Shown here piece after piece: positions 20,190 to 31,152 of a DNA stretch of 64,000 nt. The stretch spans positions 2,976,001-3,040,000 of the forward strand of contig CBDFIQ010000002.1 in assembly GCA_965248195.1 (NCBI GenBank), read 5' to 3'. The position numbers and the translations under genes are program-made. This stretch comes from Longimicrobiales bacterium. Lineage in GTDB: Bacteria; Gemmatimonadota; Gemmatimonadetes; Longimicrobiales; Gaopeijiaceae. Every line of letters starts with the position of its first letter. Positions within the stretch are counted from its first letter, which is position 1. Under the pieces are notes generated by a model, which saw only the letters and a list, made by a program, of their open reading frames with translations, searched no databases and was not told the DNA's origin.

Positions 20190-20830
20190 ATGGCTAAGTC
20201 AGGACCCGGTAAGCACTTCCGAAAGGGGCTCTCACTCATTCAGGTTATGCGGATGTTCCCAGACGATGCGACGGCAGAGCGGTGGATCGCTCAGTGCCGG
20301 TGGGGCGGCGAGCCCGCTTGCCCGCATTGCGGGAGCGATAACGTCCAGGTAGGCGCGAAGCATCCGAGCCAGCCCTATCGTTGCCGCGAGAAGGGTTGCC
20401 GGAAGTTCTTCAGCGTGAAGACCGACACGGCAATGGCCGGGAGCAACCTGGGCTGTCAGACTTGGGCCGTTGCTACGTACTTGCTCGCTACGGGTCTCAA
20501 GGGCCAGGCGTCGATGAAGCTTCACCGCGACCTAGATATCGGACAGAAGGCCGCATGGTTCCTGGCGCACCGCCTACGCGAGACGTGGGAGGCGCAGCAA
20601 GCCCCTTTCACAGCAAGCCCCTTTCAAGGGGCCGGTGGAAGTAGATGAGACCTACATCGGCGGCTTGGAGAAGAACAAGCACGTAGGCAAGAAGGCGAAC
20701 CTGGGCCGGGGCGCGAGTGGCAAGGCCGCCGTGGCAGGCGCGAAGGATCGGGCGACGGGCAGGGTGGCCGCCCGCGTCGTCCACGCGACCGACAGGCAGA
20801 CGCTGCAAGGCTTTGTACGGGGCCAGATAG
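20190..20830 (+). pseudogene. IS1595 transposase, frameshifted and truncated
   Basis: CPHCGS..YRCREKGC zinc ribbon, VEVDETYIGG; 16-bp tandem duplication at 20595-20626. Confidence 0.9.
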
Positions 20831-21237
20831 GAATTGAAGTAAAGATACTAGCCAAGGCGATGATTAAGCAGATCGGTCGCGTTCAAAACGACTTGCGGGA
20901 TCAGGTTGCCCAGTTTCAGCGTGGTATTGGAACGCCCATCTGTGTCGGCATTGTTGGCGTTAATCACGCTGACTACTGCATAAGCTACGAGGGAGAACAG
21001 GCTTGGCCAACGGATGGAGTAAGGCACAAGCACCCAATCCAAGAGGCGGAAATTGCAGAGCAGCGACTGCGAGAAGAAGTGGGCACCAAGTTTGACGAGC
21101 TCTTGTTTCTCCGCTACAAGGCGACGAATGATGAGCCGTACCCGTTCGAGTGGGCTAGCTACGCCGACACTTTTCAGGACTACGGTGCCGCCTTAACTCG
21201 CATCTCTCGCGCTTATGACACAAGGTTTGGGCCGTGA
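20828..21237 (+). pseudogene. Passenger-gene remnant, PD-(D/E)XK nuclease-like, fused to the transposase
   Basis: Abrupt switch to IGIEVKILAK; lower GC. Confidence 0.45.
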
Positions 21238-21449
21238 AAGAACACCAACAGGACCTACCCCAGGCGGAGCCGCCCATGAAAGACGATGCAAAGGCACCAT
21301 CCAAGCGCGGCCGCCCGGTCGAGCACTCAATGCCGGACCCCATACCGGACACTCCCGAGAACATCATGAAGGCGTTCCTGAAGACGCCGCCGCGCAAGCG
21401 TGAGGAATGGAAGTTCGTGCAGGAACGGGACAAGAAACAGGCCCCATAG
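21234..21449 (+). CDS. Small IS1595-internal ORF
   Basis: RGRP..IPDTPENIMKAFL, adjacent to the right IR. Confidence 0.55.
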   Translation: MKEHQQDLPQAEPPMKDDAKAPSKRGRPVEHSMPDPIPDTPENIMKAFLKTPPRKREEWKFVQERDKKQAP

Positions 21450-21491
21450 CGCCGGGGCCGTGGTTACGATTGGATATAATCCCCTTTTCTT

Positions 21492-21564
<73 letters not shown>

Positions 21565-21614
21565 TTGGAAGAGGGGTGAGCCCGTCACTCAGGACGTGCA
21601 GCCCCTCTTTTTTA

Positions 21615-21686
21615 GGCGCCGTAGCCAAGCGGTAAGGCAGAGGCCTGCAAAGCCTTTATTCCCCGGTTCGAATCCGGGCGACGCCT
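21615..21686 (+). tRNA. tRNA-Cys(GCA)
   Basis: ggcgccg..gaggc-ctgcaaa-gcctt..ttcgaat..cgacgcc. Confidence 0.95.
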
Positions 21687-22000
21687 CTAGGGTTTCGGGA
21701 GTTATCGACATCGGCGCGAATTTGGCCACCGTAATCTACCCGTGTCACGGCGTTGTCGAATGCACGGCGCAGAGACCCTATACGCGTCCCAGCTTCGGCT
21801 CGTCGCCGTCGACAATCATGGTGGAATACCCAAGGCGACCGTTTCCCCGCGTAGGTCCGCAGTCGGTACGCGGCTGAGTTTCGGTTCGCCTGAGCCCCCG
21901 CTTGACCCCCCGAACGCTGGCGTGAGGCCGCAACTTGACCCGTTTGGCACTGCCCCTCACGTTATCCCGACCCGTCAAAGGGCTTTTGGTTTACCTATCC

Positions 22001-22305
22001 TCACGACGGACCTCGATATCGTCGCGGGAAAATGGAAGGACAGACGTTACGGGACGTACCGCGGAATCCGGAAGGGCAAAAGCCGGTCCGGAGGGGTCGC
22101 GTTCGGCGACAAGGGGATTCTGACCTCGTATCAGGTCGAGGGGAACAACAGCTATCACAATCTGCTCGTTGAGATCGTGAAGTTCTTCAAGACTGGGAAG
22201 TCGCCCCGTCTCCACTCAGGAGATGCTGGAGGTGGTGGCCTTCATGCAGGCGGCCGACGTGAGCAAGGAGCGGAAGGGCGCCGAAGTCAAATTGTTCGAG
22301 CTTGA
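22001..22305 (+). pseudogene. Gfo/Idh/MocA-like C-terminal fragment, frameshifted
   Basis: GKWKD.RYGTYRG..LLVEIVKFFKTGKSP, then a shifted frame reading EMLEVVAFMQAADVSK. Confidence 0.6.
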
Positions 22306-22418
22306 TTGAATGGACATTCACCGCGGAGGACACGGAGAAACGCTTTCCCGGGATGTGCCGAAGAGTGAGGTCTCTGTATCTCGGGGGTGGTTTTCTTTTT
22401 AAGGACACTGGAACGCAC

Positions 22419-23690
22419 ATGAGCACTCCGCAACTTCAGTCCAACCGTCTTCGTGCCGGCATGGTGGGCATGGGGATGATCTTCGACGAGACGTACCGTC
22501 CGATGTTCGAGGCCGCGCATGCGGAAGGGATCTTTCGCAAGGAGTTCGGCTACATCGAGCTGGAACTGGCCGGGGCCGCCACGCGCACGGGTTCCCGCGC
22601 GTCGAAATACAAGAAGGCGGCGGGGAAGAGGATTGCCGACTTCCAGAACTTCCATGGCGCCGACTCCGTGGACAAACTCATCGCCATCCATCCCCACTTC
22701 GTCTGCGTCGCCTCCCCGGACGATCGCCACTTCGAGGCGGCCAAGAAGGCGCTCTCCGCGGGGCGACACGTGCTGGTCGAGAAGCCTTCGGTGCTGAAGC
22801 GCCAGCAGCTCGACGAGCTGGTGGCCCTGGCGAAGCAGAAGAACGTCCTCGCCAAGGTGGTCTATCACAAGCTGGCCGACCCCGATCACAAGAAACTTCG
22901 CACGCTCGTGGAGGACGGCGAGCTCAAGCACGTGAACACGGGGTACTGCTCGCTCCTGGAGCCCAAGAGCATCTCGGGCGGGCAGTTTGCGGAGTGGATC
23001 AAAGGGCGAAATCCCGGGACGTACGTCGCGGTGCACTACATCAAGCTGATCGATTTCACGTTCGGAGGCCGCCTGAAGGCCGTCAGCTGCTCCGGTCAAC
23101 GGGGTCTCGTCGGTCCGAAGGACGGCAACACCTGGGACTCGACGCAGCTTCGGATGATCTATGAATACCAGGATGGCCGCGACGCCGCATTCGACATTCA
23201 CACGAGCTGGGTGACCCCGGACAATTTTCCCGGCTATGTCGAGCAGGAGGTCCAGTTTCGATTCGACAACGGCCTCTGGAGCGGCCATTCCCGCCGCCGC
23301 GGGGTCGAATGCACCATCGAGGGGAAGACCCCGCTTTCGGCGAAGATCTCGATGAACAACCATTACAACGCGCCCTTCGTTGAGCCGTGGGGTGCGCGAA
23401 GCCAACGCGGTTACGGACTTGAAATCCTCAGGCGGTTTGCCGAAGAAGTCGCGACCGTGGAGTTCGGCGGTCCTCCGGAGGGCCGGAAGGATCGACTGGA
23501 AGCGGCGCAGTCGCTCCGTTACAATGACCTTTCCGCGGACACGCAGGTGGTGGCCGCCGTCCACGCGATGGAGGCGATTCTCGACCACGCCTCCCGGGGC
23601 GAACCGGACGGCGTCGTCCGCATCGACGGCAAGGGACGGATGGCGCTCCATCTTCCGGGAAAGGCGGATCCCGTCGTCCTCTATCCCTGA
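22419..23690 (+). CDS. Gfo/Idh/MocA oxidoreductase
   Basis: GMVGMG, ASPDDRH, HVLVEKP. Confidence 0.9.
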   Translation: MSTPQLQSNRLRAGMVGMGMIFDETYRPMFEAAHAEGIFRKEFGYIELELAGAATRTGSRASKYKKAAGKRIADFQNFHGADSVDKLIAIHPHFVCVASPDDRHFEAAKKALSAGRHVLVEKPSVLKRQQLDELVALAKQKNVLAKVVYHKLADPDHKKLRTLVEDGELKHVNTGYCSLLEPKSISGGQFAEWIKGRNPGTYVAVHYIKLIDFTFGGRLKAVSCSGQRGLVGPKDGNTWDSTQLRMIYEYQDGRDAAFDIHTSWVTPDNFPGYVEQEVQFRFDNGLWSGHSRRRGVECTIEGKTPLSAKISMNNHYNAPFVEPWGARSQRGYGLEILRRFAEEVATVEFGGPPEGRKDRLEAAQSLRYNDLSADTQVVAAVHAMEAILDHASRGEPDGVVRIDGKGRMALHLPGKADPVVLYP

Positions 23691-23703
23691 TTCGAGGAAA
23701 CCC

Positions 23704-25098
23704 ATGCCGATCCGTCACGACCACGAACCGCGGTCCAACGAAGCGCGCGAGGCGATCGAACGTGGCGAGCCCAGATCGCTTCGTACCTTCACGCCGTCGC
23801 AGGCCGTCATCAGTCGGAGCGCGGGGGTGTACCACTGGACCGCCGACGGCCGGCGGCTGTACGACTTCACCTCCGGCGTGCTGGTCGCCAATCTGGGCCA
23901 CAATCCCGTTGCCTGGCAGAAGCGGTTTATGAACTACATGGGCTGGGAGGAACTCCCGGCCAAGAAGTTCTTTGAGGCGGTCCCGTTGACGGCGTACAAC
24001 GCCATCGCGGGGATCGAGGCCGAAGCGGTTCGGCGGCTGATCGCCAACCTCCAGGGGAAGCCCGGGGGAAGGCGGATGGAGCAGGTGCTCTGGGCGGCGT
24101 CCGGGTCCGAAGCGATCCAGAAGGCGCTGTGGACCTCCCTGGCGGTCGATCCGAAAAGGACGTTCATCATCGCCACCCGCGATGGGTTTCACGGCAAGAA
24201 GGGACTGGCCGAGGCGGTGACCGGGAGCGAAAAGGACAAGAATCGGGATTCACGCGTGCGGTTCATTTCCTTCCCCAAGAAGGAGCGCGAGGATCTCACG
24301 CAAAGGAAAGACGCGTTCGATCCCGCGCCCTATGCGAAGGAACTCGAAGCGCTGGAGAAGGAACTGGGCGGGGACCGCATCGCCTGCCTCATCACCGAAC
24401 CGTATCTCGGAGGCGGCGGGTCCTATCATCCCCCGAAGGAATATCTTCAGTTGCTTCAGCAGTTCTGCCGGAAGACCGGGGCGTTCTTCATCCTCGACGA
24501 GATTCAGTCGAACTTCGGCCGCACGGGAAAGATGTACGCGTTCGAGGCGTACGAGCTGGAGCCGGACATCGTCGTCCTGGGCAAGGGCCTGGGAAACGGC
24601 GTTCCCGCCGCCGCCGCCGTGGGTCGCGCGGACATTTTCGCTGCATTGGATTACGGAGAGGCATCGGACACGTTTAGCGCCAATCCGCTCTGCTGCGCGG
24701 CCGTCCTCGCCACGCTTGACGATTTCGAGGGCCGGGACATCCTCGGCCGTGCGAACAAGATGTCGGCGATCCTCGAGAAGGGCCTCCTGAAGATGAAGGA
24801 GATCCCGTTCGTCACGTCCGTGCGGGGTGAAGAGGGCGGCATGGTGTGGGGGGTCGAGATCGGCGCCTTCGGGGGCCGTTCAGACCATGAAATGGCGTGC
24901 GCGTGCGTCGAGGCGGCGTACTTTGGGGACGCGAAGGGACGCGCCGTTCACCTGATGGGGCCGCTGGCGAGGAAGGTGCTTCGCATCGCGCCGCCAATCG
25001 TGATCACCGAGGCGGAAGCCCGGGAAAGCATCGAGGTGTTCGACGCGTGTTTCCGCGCGCTTGAGAAGAAGCTGGGGGCCGTGAGCAGTACCGTGTAG
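23704..25098 (+). CDS. Class III PLP aminotransferase
   Basis: YDFTSG..NLGH, SGSEA, FHG, ILDEIQSNFGRTG, PDIVVLGKGLG. Confidence 0.93.
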   Translation: MPIRHDHEPRSNEAREAIERGEPRSLRTFTPSQAVISRSAGVYHWTADGRRLYDFTSGVLVANLGHNPVAWQKRFMNYMGWEELPAKKFFEAVPLTAYNAIAGIEAEAVRRLIANLQGKPGGRRMEQVLWAASGSEAIQKALWTSLAVDPKRTFIIATRDGFHGKKGLAEAVTGSEKDKNRDSRVRFISFPKKEREDLTQRKDAFDPAPYAKELEALEKELGGDRIACLITEPYLGGGGSYHPPKEYLQLLQQFCRKTGAFFILDEIQSNFGRTGKMYAFEAYELEPDIVVLGKGLGNGVPAAAAVGRADIFAALDYGEASDTFSANPLCCAAVLATLDDFEGRDILGRANKMSAILEKGLLKMKEIPFVTSVRGEEGGMVWGVEIGAFGGRSDHEMACACVEAAYFGDAKGRAVHLMGPLARKVLRIAPPIVITEAEARESIEVFDACFRALEKKLGAVSSTV

Positions 25099-25197
25099 AT
25101 CGTAATTCTTCGCCCCAACATGCGTTGCCGCCTCCGTGAAAGAATCGTATTGTGCCCTCGGAGAAAGATGTCAACTCAACGAACAAGGTTATCGCGA

Positions 25198-27339
25198 ATG
25201 GCAATGAAAATTCAGGTTCCGAGAATCTGGCTTGGCGTTGCCTTTTTTGGCGGCTTCGGCGCCTTGATCGCCACGGCTCAGCAGGCCGCCTCACAGGCGC
25301 CATACCCTGATGACCAGTCGTTATTGCAGGCGCCTGCGGAAGAATGGCTGACGTACGGACGTGACCACGCGGGCACGCATTTCAGTCCCGTTGATCAGAT
25401 CAACGTCGGCAATGTGGATCAGTTGGGGTTGGCGTGGTCTTACGATCTGGGGGCATATCCCGGGCAGTTGGAAGGGACTCCGCTCGTGGCGAATGGGACG
25501 CTCTACGGTACGCTCACTTGGAGCGTCGTCTACGCAGTCGATGCTCGGACTGGCGAAGAAAAGTGGCGGTGGGATCCGCTGATTCCGCAACAGCAGTACG
25601 TCACGGATTCCCGCGGGATCCGGCACCGCCGAGGACCCAGCCTCTGCTGCGGCCCGGTCAACCGCGGGGTCGCCCTTTATGAGGGCAAGGTCTACGTCGG
25701 CCTTCTGGATGGACGACTGGTCGCGCTAGACGCGGACACCGGCGAAGAGATCTGGACGGTCGCGGTCACGAGTCCCCAAGATGATTACAGCATCACCGGC
25801 GCGCCTCGCGTGATTAATGGAATGGTCATCACGGGGAACAGCGGTTCGGAGTTCGGAGTGCGCGGCTTCGTCTCGGCGTACGATGCCGACACGGGAGAGT
25901 CGATCTGGCGTACCTACACGGTGCCGGGCGATCCGTCTAAGCCCTTCGAGAGCGAAGCGCTGGCAAGGGCGGCCGAGACGTGGTACGGCTCCTGGTGGAG
26001 ATTTGGAGGCGGCGGGACGGTATGGGATGGGATGGCCTACGACCCCGAGCTAGATCTTCTCTACTTCGGTGTCGGAAACGGCGCGCCATGGCCACGCGAT
26101 ATCCGGAGTCCTGGGGGCGGCGACAACCTATACCTCGCCTCGATCATGGCCGTTCGCCCCAGCACGGGCGAATACGTGTGGCATTATCAGACCTCACCCG
26201 GCGACGACTGGGATTACGCCGCCACCCAGCCGCTGATTCTTGCGGATCTCGTCATCGACGGGCGCGAACGCAAGGTCATCATGCAGGCACCCAAGAACGG
26301 CTTTTTCTACGTGATCGACCGGGTCAGCGGGGAATTCATTTCCGGAAAGCCGTTTGCTGAGGTGACGTGGGCCACCGCGATCGACTCGGAGACGGGCCGC
26401 CCCATCGAAACCCCATCCGCGCGGTACGGTATTGAGGGTGCGCAGCTCTCCCCAGGGTCTGACGGGGCGCACAACTGGCACTCCACCTCTTGGAACCCGG
26501 AGACGGGTCTTGTCTACCTCCCCGGGCAGGAAACGTCTAGGTGGTACTCCGTGGATCCCGACTTCGCGTTGCAACTTGGCCAGCCCGCCTTCGGGATGGG
26601 GCGTCGTCGGCCGAACCAGGCGCAGCCGAGCTTTGCCCCTGCGGCTTCTGCCCAGCCGGCTGCAAGACCGCAGGTTGGGCCACGGAACCGGGAAGTCGAT
26701 CCACAGGTTGTGGGCCTCGGCGGGACGGGAGGCTTTCTGGTCGCGTGGGATCCGGTCGCCGAGGAAGAACGGTGGCGGCTCCGTTTCGAGGAACGAGGGA
26801 TCACCGGTGGGACTCTGTCGACAGCCGGGAATCTCGTGTTTCACGGGAACGGGAGCGGTACGTTCAATGCCTACCGTGCGGACACTGGTGAGATGCTCTG
26901 GGAGTTTCCGCTCGCAGCTGGCTTCGCGAATCCGGTCACCTACGTACTGGACGGTCGCCAGTATGTGTCCGTCGTCACTGGCCGAAGCGGGAGCTATGCG
27001 CCGGGCCGTGTCTACACTTTTGTGTTGACCGCAGATGCGCCGGCACCGTCCATGGCGAGCCGGCCGCCGCCAACGCTCCCACCAGTTGAACCGCCTCCCG
27101 ATGGGTTCCTGGGTGGACTCGCGGGAGCCGAGCTCCCCGATCTTCCGGGCAGTGAGTTCGCACAGCAGACCTGTACATTCTGCCATTCGGCCGACCGCAT
27201 CGTTGGTACCCGGCGGACCGAAACGGAGTGGAGACTGCTCGTGAAAAGCAAGAATGAGCGTGGCTTTCTGACCCAGACGACACCGGAGCAACGGGCGGCC
27301 ATCATCGATTATCTGAGCCGCGCACTCGGGAGAGGGTAG
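25198..27339 (+). CDS. Quinohemoprotein (PQQ) alcohol dehydrogenase with C-terminal cytochrome c
   Basis: CCGPVNRG, GGGTVW, DWDYA, QAPKNGFFY, GAHNW, CTFCH. Confidence 0.9.
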   Translation: MAMKIQVPRIWLGVAFFGGFGALIATAQQAASQAPYPDDQSLLQAPAEEWLTYGRDHAGTHFSPVDQINVGNVDQLGLAWSYDLGAYPGQLEGTPLVANGTLYGTLTWSVVYAVDARTGEEKWRWDPLIPQQQYVTDSRGIRHRRGPSLCCGPVNRGVALYEGKVYVGLLDGRLVALDADTGEEIWTVAVTSPQDDYSITGAPRVINGMVITGNSGSEFGVRGFVSAYDADTGESIWRTYTVPGDPSKPFESEALARAAETWYGSWWRFGGGGTVWDGMAYDPELDLLYFGVGNGAPWPRDIRSPGGGDNLYLASIMAVRPSTGEYVWHYQTSPGDDWDYAATQPLILADLVIDGRERKVIMQAPKNGFFYVIDRVSGEFISGKPFAEVTWATAIDSETGRPIETPSARYGIEGAQLSPGSDGAHNWHSTSWNPETGLVYLPGQETSRWYSVDPDFALQLGQPAFGMGRRRPNQAQPSFAPAASAQPAARPQVGPRNREVDPQVVGLGGTGGFLVAWDPVAEEERWRLRFEERGITGGTLSTAGNLVFHGNGSGTFNAYRADTGEMLWEFPLAAGFANPVTYVLDGRQYVSVVTGRSGSYAPGRVYTFVLTADAPAPSMASRPPPTLPPVEPPPDGFLGGLAGAELPDLPGSEFAQQTCTFCHSADRIVGTRRTETEWRLLVKSKNERGFLTQTTPEQRAAIIDYLSRALGRG

Positions 27340-27355
27340 CTGGGGGCTGGCTCGG

Positions 27356-28174
27356 GTGCCGTCGGTGAGTCCATTCGATTTGGCGGGCCGGGTCGCGGTC
27401 GTCACCGGCGGTTACGGCGTACTTGGCGGCGCCATCGCGGCCGACCTGGGACGGGCCGGGGTTCGGGTCGCGGTGCTTGGTCGGCGGCGGCAGGCCGCCG
27501 AGCGGCAGGCCGACCAGATCCGCCAGGCCGGGGGCGAAGCCATGGCTCTCGTTGCCGACGTACTTGACGAGTCTGCGCTCCGCAAAGCCCGCGACGAGCT
27601 GGTGGGCCGGTGGCAGGTCTTAGACATCCTGGTCAATGCTGCAGGTGGCAACGTAGCGCGTGCCCGGAGCGATGTCTCGAGCGTTTTCGACGTACCGATG
27701 GATGCCTTCGATGAAGCGCTCCGGCTGAATCTTCACGGCACGGTGTTTCCCTCGATGGTCTTCAGTGAGGGGATGGCTGAGCAGGGCGCCGGCTGCGTAG
27801 TGAACATCTCTTCAGTGGCGGCAAGTCGGGTCCTCAGCGGGGTCATGGCGTATTCTGCCGCGAAGGCGGCGATCGACAATGTCACGCGCTGGCTCGCGGT
27901 AGAGCTGGCCCGGAGACATGGCGAGGGTCTCCGGGTCAACGCGATCGCCCCAGGATTCTTCCTTTCGGAGCAAAATCGGGCCGTCCTTGTGAACCCGGAC
28001 GGCAGCTACACGGACCGGGCAACAAGTATCATCGCCCACACGCCCATGGGCCGTCTCGGCAACCCCGACGAGTTGACGGGTACGGTGCGCTGGCTGTGCA
28101 GCGATGCGGCATCCTTCGTGACCGGCGTGGTCGTGCACGTCGACGGCGGCTTTAGCGTGTTCAGTGGCATCTAA
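27356..28174 (+). CDS. SDR, probable D-mannonate oxidoreductase (fructuronate reductase)
   Basis: TGGYGVLG, NAAGGN, YSAAK; immediately upstream of uxuA. Confidence 0.8.
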   Translation: MPSVSPFDLAGRVAVVTGGYGVLGGAIAADLGRAGVRVAVLGRRRQAAERQADQIRQAGGEAMALVADVLDESALRKARDELVGRWQVLDILVNAAGGNVARARSDVSSVFDVPMDAFDEALRLNLHGTVFPSMVFSEGMAEQGAGCVVNISSVAASRVLSGVMAYSAAKAAIDNVTRWLAVELARRHGEGLRVNAIAPGFFLSEQNRAVLVNPDGSYTDRATSIIAHTPMGRLGNPDELTGTVRWLCSDAASFVTGVVVHVDGGFSVFSGI

Positions 28175-28222
28175 TCGACGCGTGCTTGAGTGTGCGAGGG
28201 CTTACGCACCTGGAGGCGCCTG

Positions 28223-29269
28223 GTGTTGATGAGTTTTCGCTGGTTCGGTCTCGAAGATGCGGTGCCCCTCGCCCACATCCGTCAGATCCCCGGCCTGAAG
28301 GGGGTCGTCGCGGCTCTTTACCATCTGGCTCCCGGGGAAGTTTGGCCTAAGGACGAGTTGAGCCGCCTCTCGGAGACGATCGAGGCCGCGGGGCTTCAAT
28401 TCGCCGTGGTCGAGAGCATTCCTGTGCACGACGACATCAAGCTGGGCCGCCCCTCGCGGGACCGGCTCTTGGAGAGTTACTGCCAGAGCGTCCGGAACAT
28501 GGGCGAAGTTGGCGTCCCTGTTCTCTGCTACAACTTCATGCCCGTTCTCGACTGGACCCGAACAAACCTGGCCATGCCGCTGGAAGACGGATCAACCACC
28601 CTCGCGTACGATTCGGTCGAGCTCGCACGCCTCGACCCGTCTCGGGGCCCGGCCGCGCTGCCAGCCTGGTCCGTGCCTGAGAGCGGAGACCTTCCCGGAC
28701 TGCTGGCTGCCTTTCGGGAGCTAGACGAGGAACGACTTTGGGAGAACCTCGCATACTTTCTCGAGGCCGTGGTGCCCGTCGCCGAGGAGTCGGGCGTGAA
28801 GATGGCGATCCATCCGGACGACCCGCCCTGGCCCGTCTTCGGTCTCCCGCGAATCATCACGGACGGGCCCTCGCTCGAGCGGCTGGTGCGCCTGGTGGAT
28901 ACGCCCGCGAACGGCATCACATTCTGCACCGGATCGTTGGGTTCCCGCCCGGACAACGACCTCCCCGAGATGATCCGCCGGCTGGGTCCGCGGATCAACT
29001 TCGCCCACTGCCGCAACGTCCTAATTACCGGCGACAGGCAGTTTTACGAGAGTCCTCATCCATCCCGTTGGGGGAGCGTCGACCTCTTGGAGGTACTCCG
29101 AGCCCTGCGAGAAGTCGGGTTCGCCGGCCCAATGCGTCCGGACCACGGCCGGATGATTTGGGGAGAGACCGGGTTGCCGGGGTACGGTCTTTTTGATCGA
29201 GCTCTGGGCGCGACGTACCTCCAGGGGTTGTGGGAGGCGGTCGACGGTGGAGCGGTCGCGAACACATGA
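28223..29269 (+). CDS. uxuA: Mannonate dehydratase
   Basis: FRWFG, VVES, CYNFMP, AIHPDDPP, MRPDHG, GYGLFDRALG. Confidence 0.95.
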   Translation: MLMSFRWFGLEDAVPLAHIRQIPGLKGVVAALYHLAPGEVWPKDELSRLSETIEAAGLQFAVVESIPVHDDIKLGRPSRDRLLESYCQSVRNMGEVGVPVLCYNFMPVLDWTRTNLAMPLEDGSTTLAYDSVELARLDPSRGPAALPAWSVPESGDLPGLLAAFRELDEERLWENLAYFLEAVVPVAEESGVKMAIHPDDPPWPVFGLPRIITDGPSLERLVRLVDTPANGITFCTGSLGSRPDNDLPEMIRRLGPRINFAHCRNVLITGDRQFYESPHPSRWGSVDLLEVLRALREVGFAGPMRPDHGRMIWGETGLPGYGLFDRALGATYLQGLWEAVDGGAVANT

Positions 29270-29306
29270 TGCAGCCCCGACCGATGGCCGAGTGTGGAGC
29301 GTCCGG

Positions 29307-29990
29307 GTGACGGGCCTCATCGAAGAGTTGAAGCGGCTTAGAATCGTGCCCGTGGTCGTCATTCGGGACCCGCTTCAGGCGACATCTCTGGCAGAGGCGC
29401 TCGTCGATGGGGGCCTGCCGTGCGCTGAGATCACCTTCCGCACAGCGGGCGCCGCGGAGGCGCTGCGACGGATCGCCCAGGAGTGTCCTGGCGTGCTCGT
29501 AGGGGCCGGTACCGTGCTCACTCCCGGACGGGCGGCTCTGGCAAAGGAAGCCGGAGCTCGTTTCGTGGTCTCGCCCGGGTTCAACCCTCGCGTCGTCGAT
29601 TACTGTCAGGCACACGAAATCCCCGTCTTTCCAGGAGTGTGTACGCCGACCGAGATCGAGGCCGCTCTCGAGAAAGGGCTCGAGGTCCTCAAGTTCTTCC
29701 CCGCCGAACCGATGGGCGGGCCACGCTTCCTCAGGGCCATTTCGGCACCCTTCCCCGGCCTGAAGTTCATCCCCACAGGCGGGATCAGGCTCGAGGAGCT
29801 CACAAGCTACCTAAAGCTGGACGAGGTCGTCGCGTGCGGAGGCTCCTGGATCGCACCCGCGAGCTGGATCGACGACGGTGCCTTCGACCGGATCCGGACC
29901 GAGGTCGCGCACGCCGTGGCGGTGATCCACGGGGCTCGATCGGAGGACGATCCGGTTCGAACAGCGGGAAAGTCCCGGGAGGCGAAATGA
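29307..29990 (+). CDS. eda: KDPG/KHG aldolase
   Basis: EITFRT, GAGTV, VSPG, KFFPA, PTGG. Confidence 0.95.
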   Translation: MTGLIEELKRLRIVPVVVIRDPLQATSLAEALVDGGLPCAEITFRTAGAAEALRRIAQECPGVLVGAGTVLTPGRAALAKEAGARFVVSPGFNPRVVDYCQAHEIPVFPGVCTPTEIEAALEKGLEVLKFFPAEPMGGPRFLRAISAPFPGLKFIPTGGIRLEELTSYLKLDEVVACGGSWIAPASWIDDGAFDRIRTEVAHAVAVIHGARSEDDPVRTAGKSREAK

Positions 29991-31024
29991 CAGTACGAAA
30001 GCGGATCGTAAGTCTCGGAGAGATTATGCTTCGCCTCAAGTCGCCGGGCCACGAACGGCTCCTCCAGACGCCGCACCTCGAAGCGACCTTTGGGGGCGCC
30101 GAAAGTAATGTGGCCGTTTCGTTGGCTAACTACGGCCTCGATGCGGCTTTTGTCACCGTCCTCCCCTCGAACCCGATCGGCGACGCCGCCATCGGCGAGC
30201 TCCAGCGTTTCGGCGTCGACATCCGTCTCATCGCACGGGGCGGTGAGCGAGTGGGTACCTATTTTCTGGAGACCGGAGCGAATCAACGGTCGAGCCGAGT
30301 CGTTTACGACAGGGCCTACTCCTCGATCGCCACGGCACGCCTCGACGCCTTCGACTGGGATGCAATCTTCACCGGTGCCGACTGGTTCCACCTGAGCGGT
30401 ATCACCCCGGGAATCAGCACGTCAGCCGCGGAGCTTTCGCTCGAGGCAGTTCGGCAGGCGCGGGCCCTGGGGGTCACGGTCTCGTGCGATTACAACTACC
30501 GCAAGAAACTTTGGCAGTATGGGAAGTCGGCCCCCGAAGTGATACGAGACCTGGTAGCGCAGGTGCAGATTGGTATCGCCAACGAGGAAGATTGCCAGCG
30601 TGCGCTCGGGATCGAGCTGGATGTCGACGTGGCGGAGGGTGCCCTGGACCGGGACCGTTATCGTCACCTCGCTGAGCGCGTGCTCGAGGCGTTTCCGAAC
30701 CTCGAGAAACAGGTGATTACGCTGCGCGAAAGCAAGAGCGCCGACAACAACGGCTGGGGTGCCTGCCTACACGATGGGCGGAATTTCAGGCTCAGCCGAA
30801 GATACGAAATTACCGACATCGTCGATCGCGTCGGCAGTGGCGACGCGTTCGCGGCGGGACTGATCTACGGTCTTTTGGCCCGCGCCGACGATCAGTGGGC
30901 GCTGGAATTCGCGACTGCAGCCGGATGCCTGAAGCATTCAATCCCCGGCGACTTCCATCGAGTCGGCGTGGCTGAGGTTGAGACGCTGATGGAGGGTAGC
31001 GGAACCGGCCGGGTCCAGCGGTGA
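29987..31024 (+). CDS. kdgK: 2-keto-3-deoxygluconate kinase (PfkB family)
   Basis: [27 protein letters not shown]. Confidence 0.92.
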   Translation: MTVRKRIVSLGEIMLRLKSPGHERLLQTPHLEATFGGAESNVAVSLANYGLDAAFVTVLPSNPIGDAAIGELQRFGVDIRLIARGGERVGTYFLETGANQRSSRVVYDRAYSSIATARLDAFDWDAIFTGADWFHLSGITPGISTSAAELSLEAVRQARALGVTVSCDYNYRKKLWQYGKSAPEVIRDLVAQVQIGIANEEDCQRALGIELDVDVAEGALDRDRYRHLAERVLEAFPNLEKQVITLRESKSADNNGWGACLHDGRNFRLSRRYEITDIVDRVGSGDAFAAGLIYGLLARADDQWALEFATAAGCLKHSIPGDFHRVGVAEVETLMEGSGTGRVQR

Positions 31025-31152
31025 TGGTCAGGACGCCTTGCTAATTACACAAGCGCCATCCACTATTGGTGCAAAGGAAACTTCGGGAGGATTTCGCGAT
31101 GTTCGCCGAAGAGTAAGGTACGGGGCTCGCCTACCTCTGCGGGGAGGAAGAG

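Larger units (their letters stand above)
20103..21484 (+). mobile_element. IS1595-family element, internally deleted
   Basis: 24-bp perfect IRs ggggattatatccaatcgtaacca; 8-bp TSD ttttcttg at 20095-20102 and 21485-21492. Confidence 0.92.

Noticed and set aside
25198..27339. Lanthanide-dependent alcohol dehydrogenase
   Set aside because: The motif is WDYA, lacking the extra Asp of WDYD/WDFD lanthanide enzymes.
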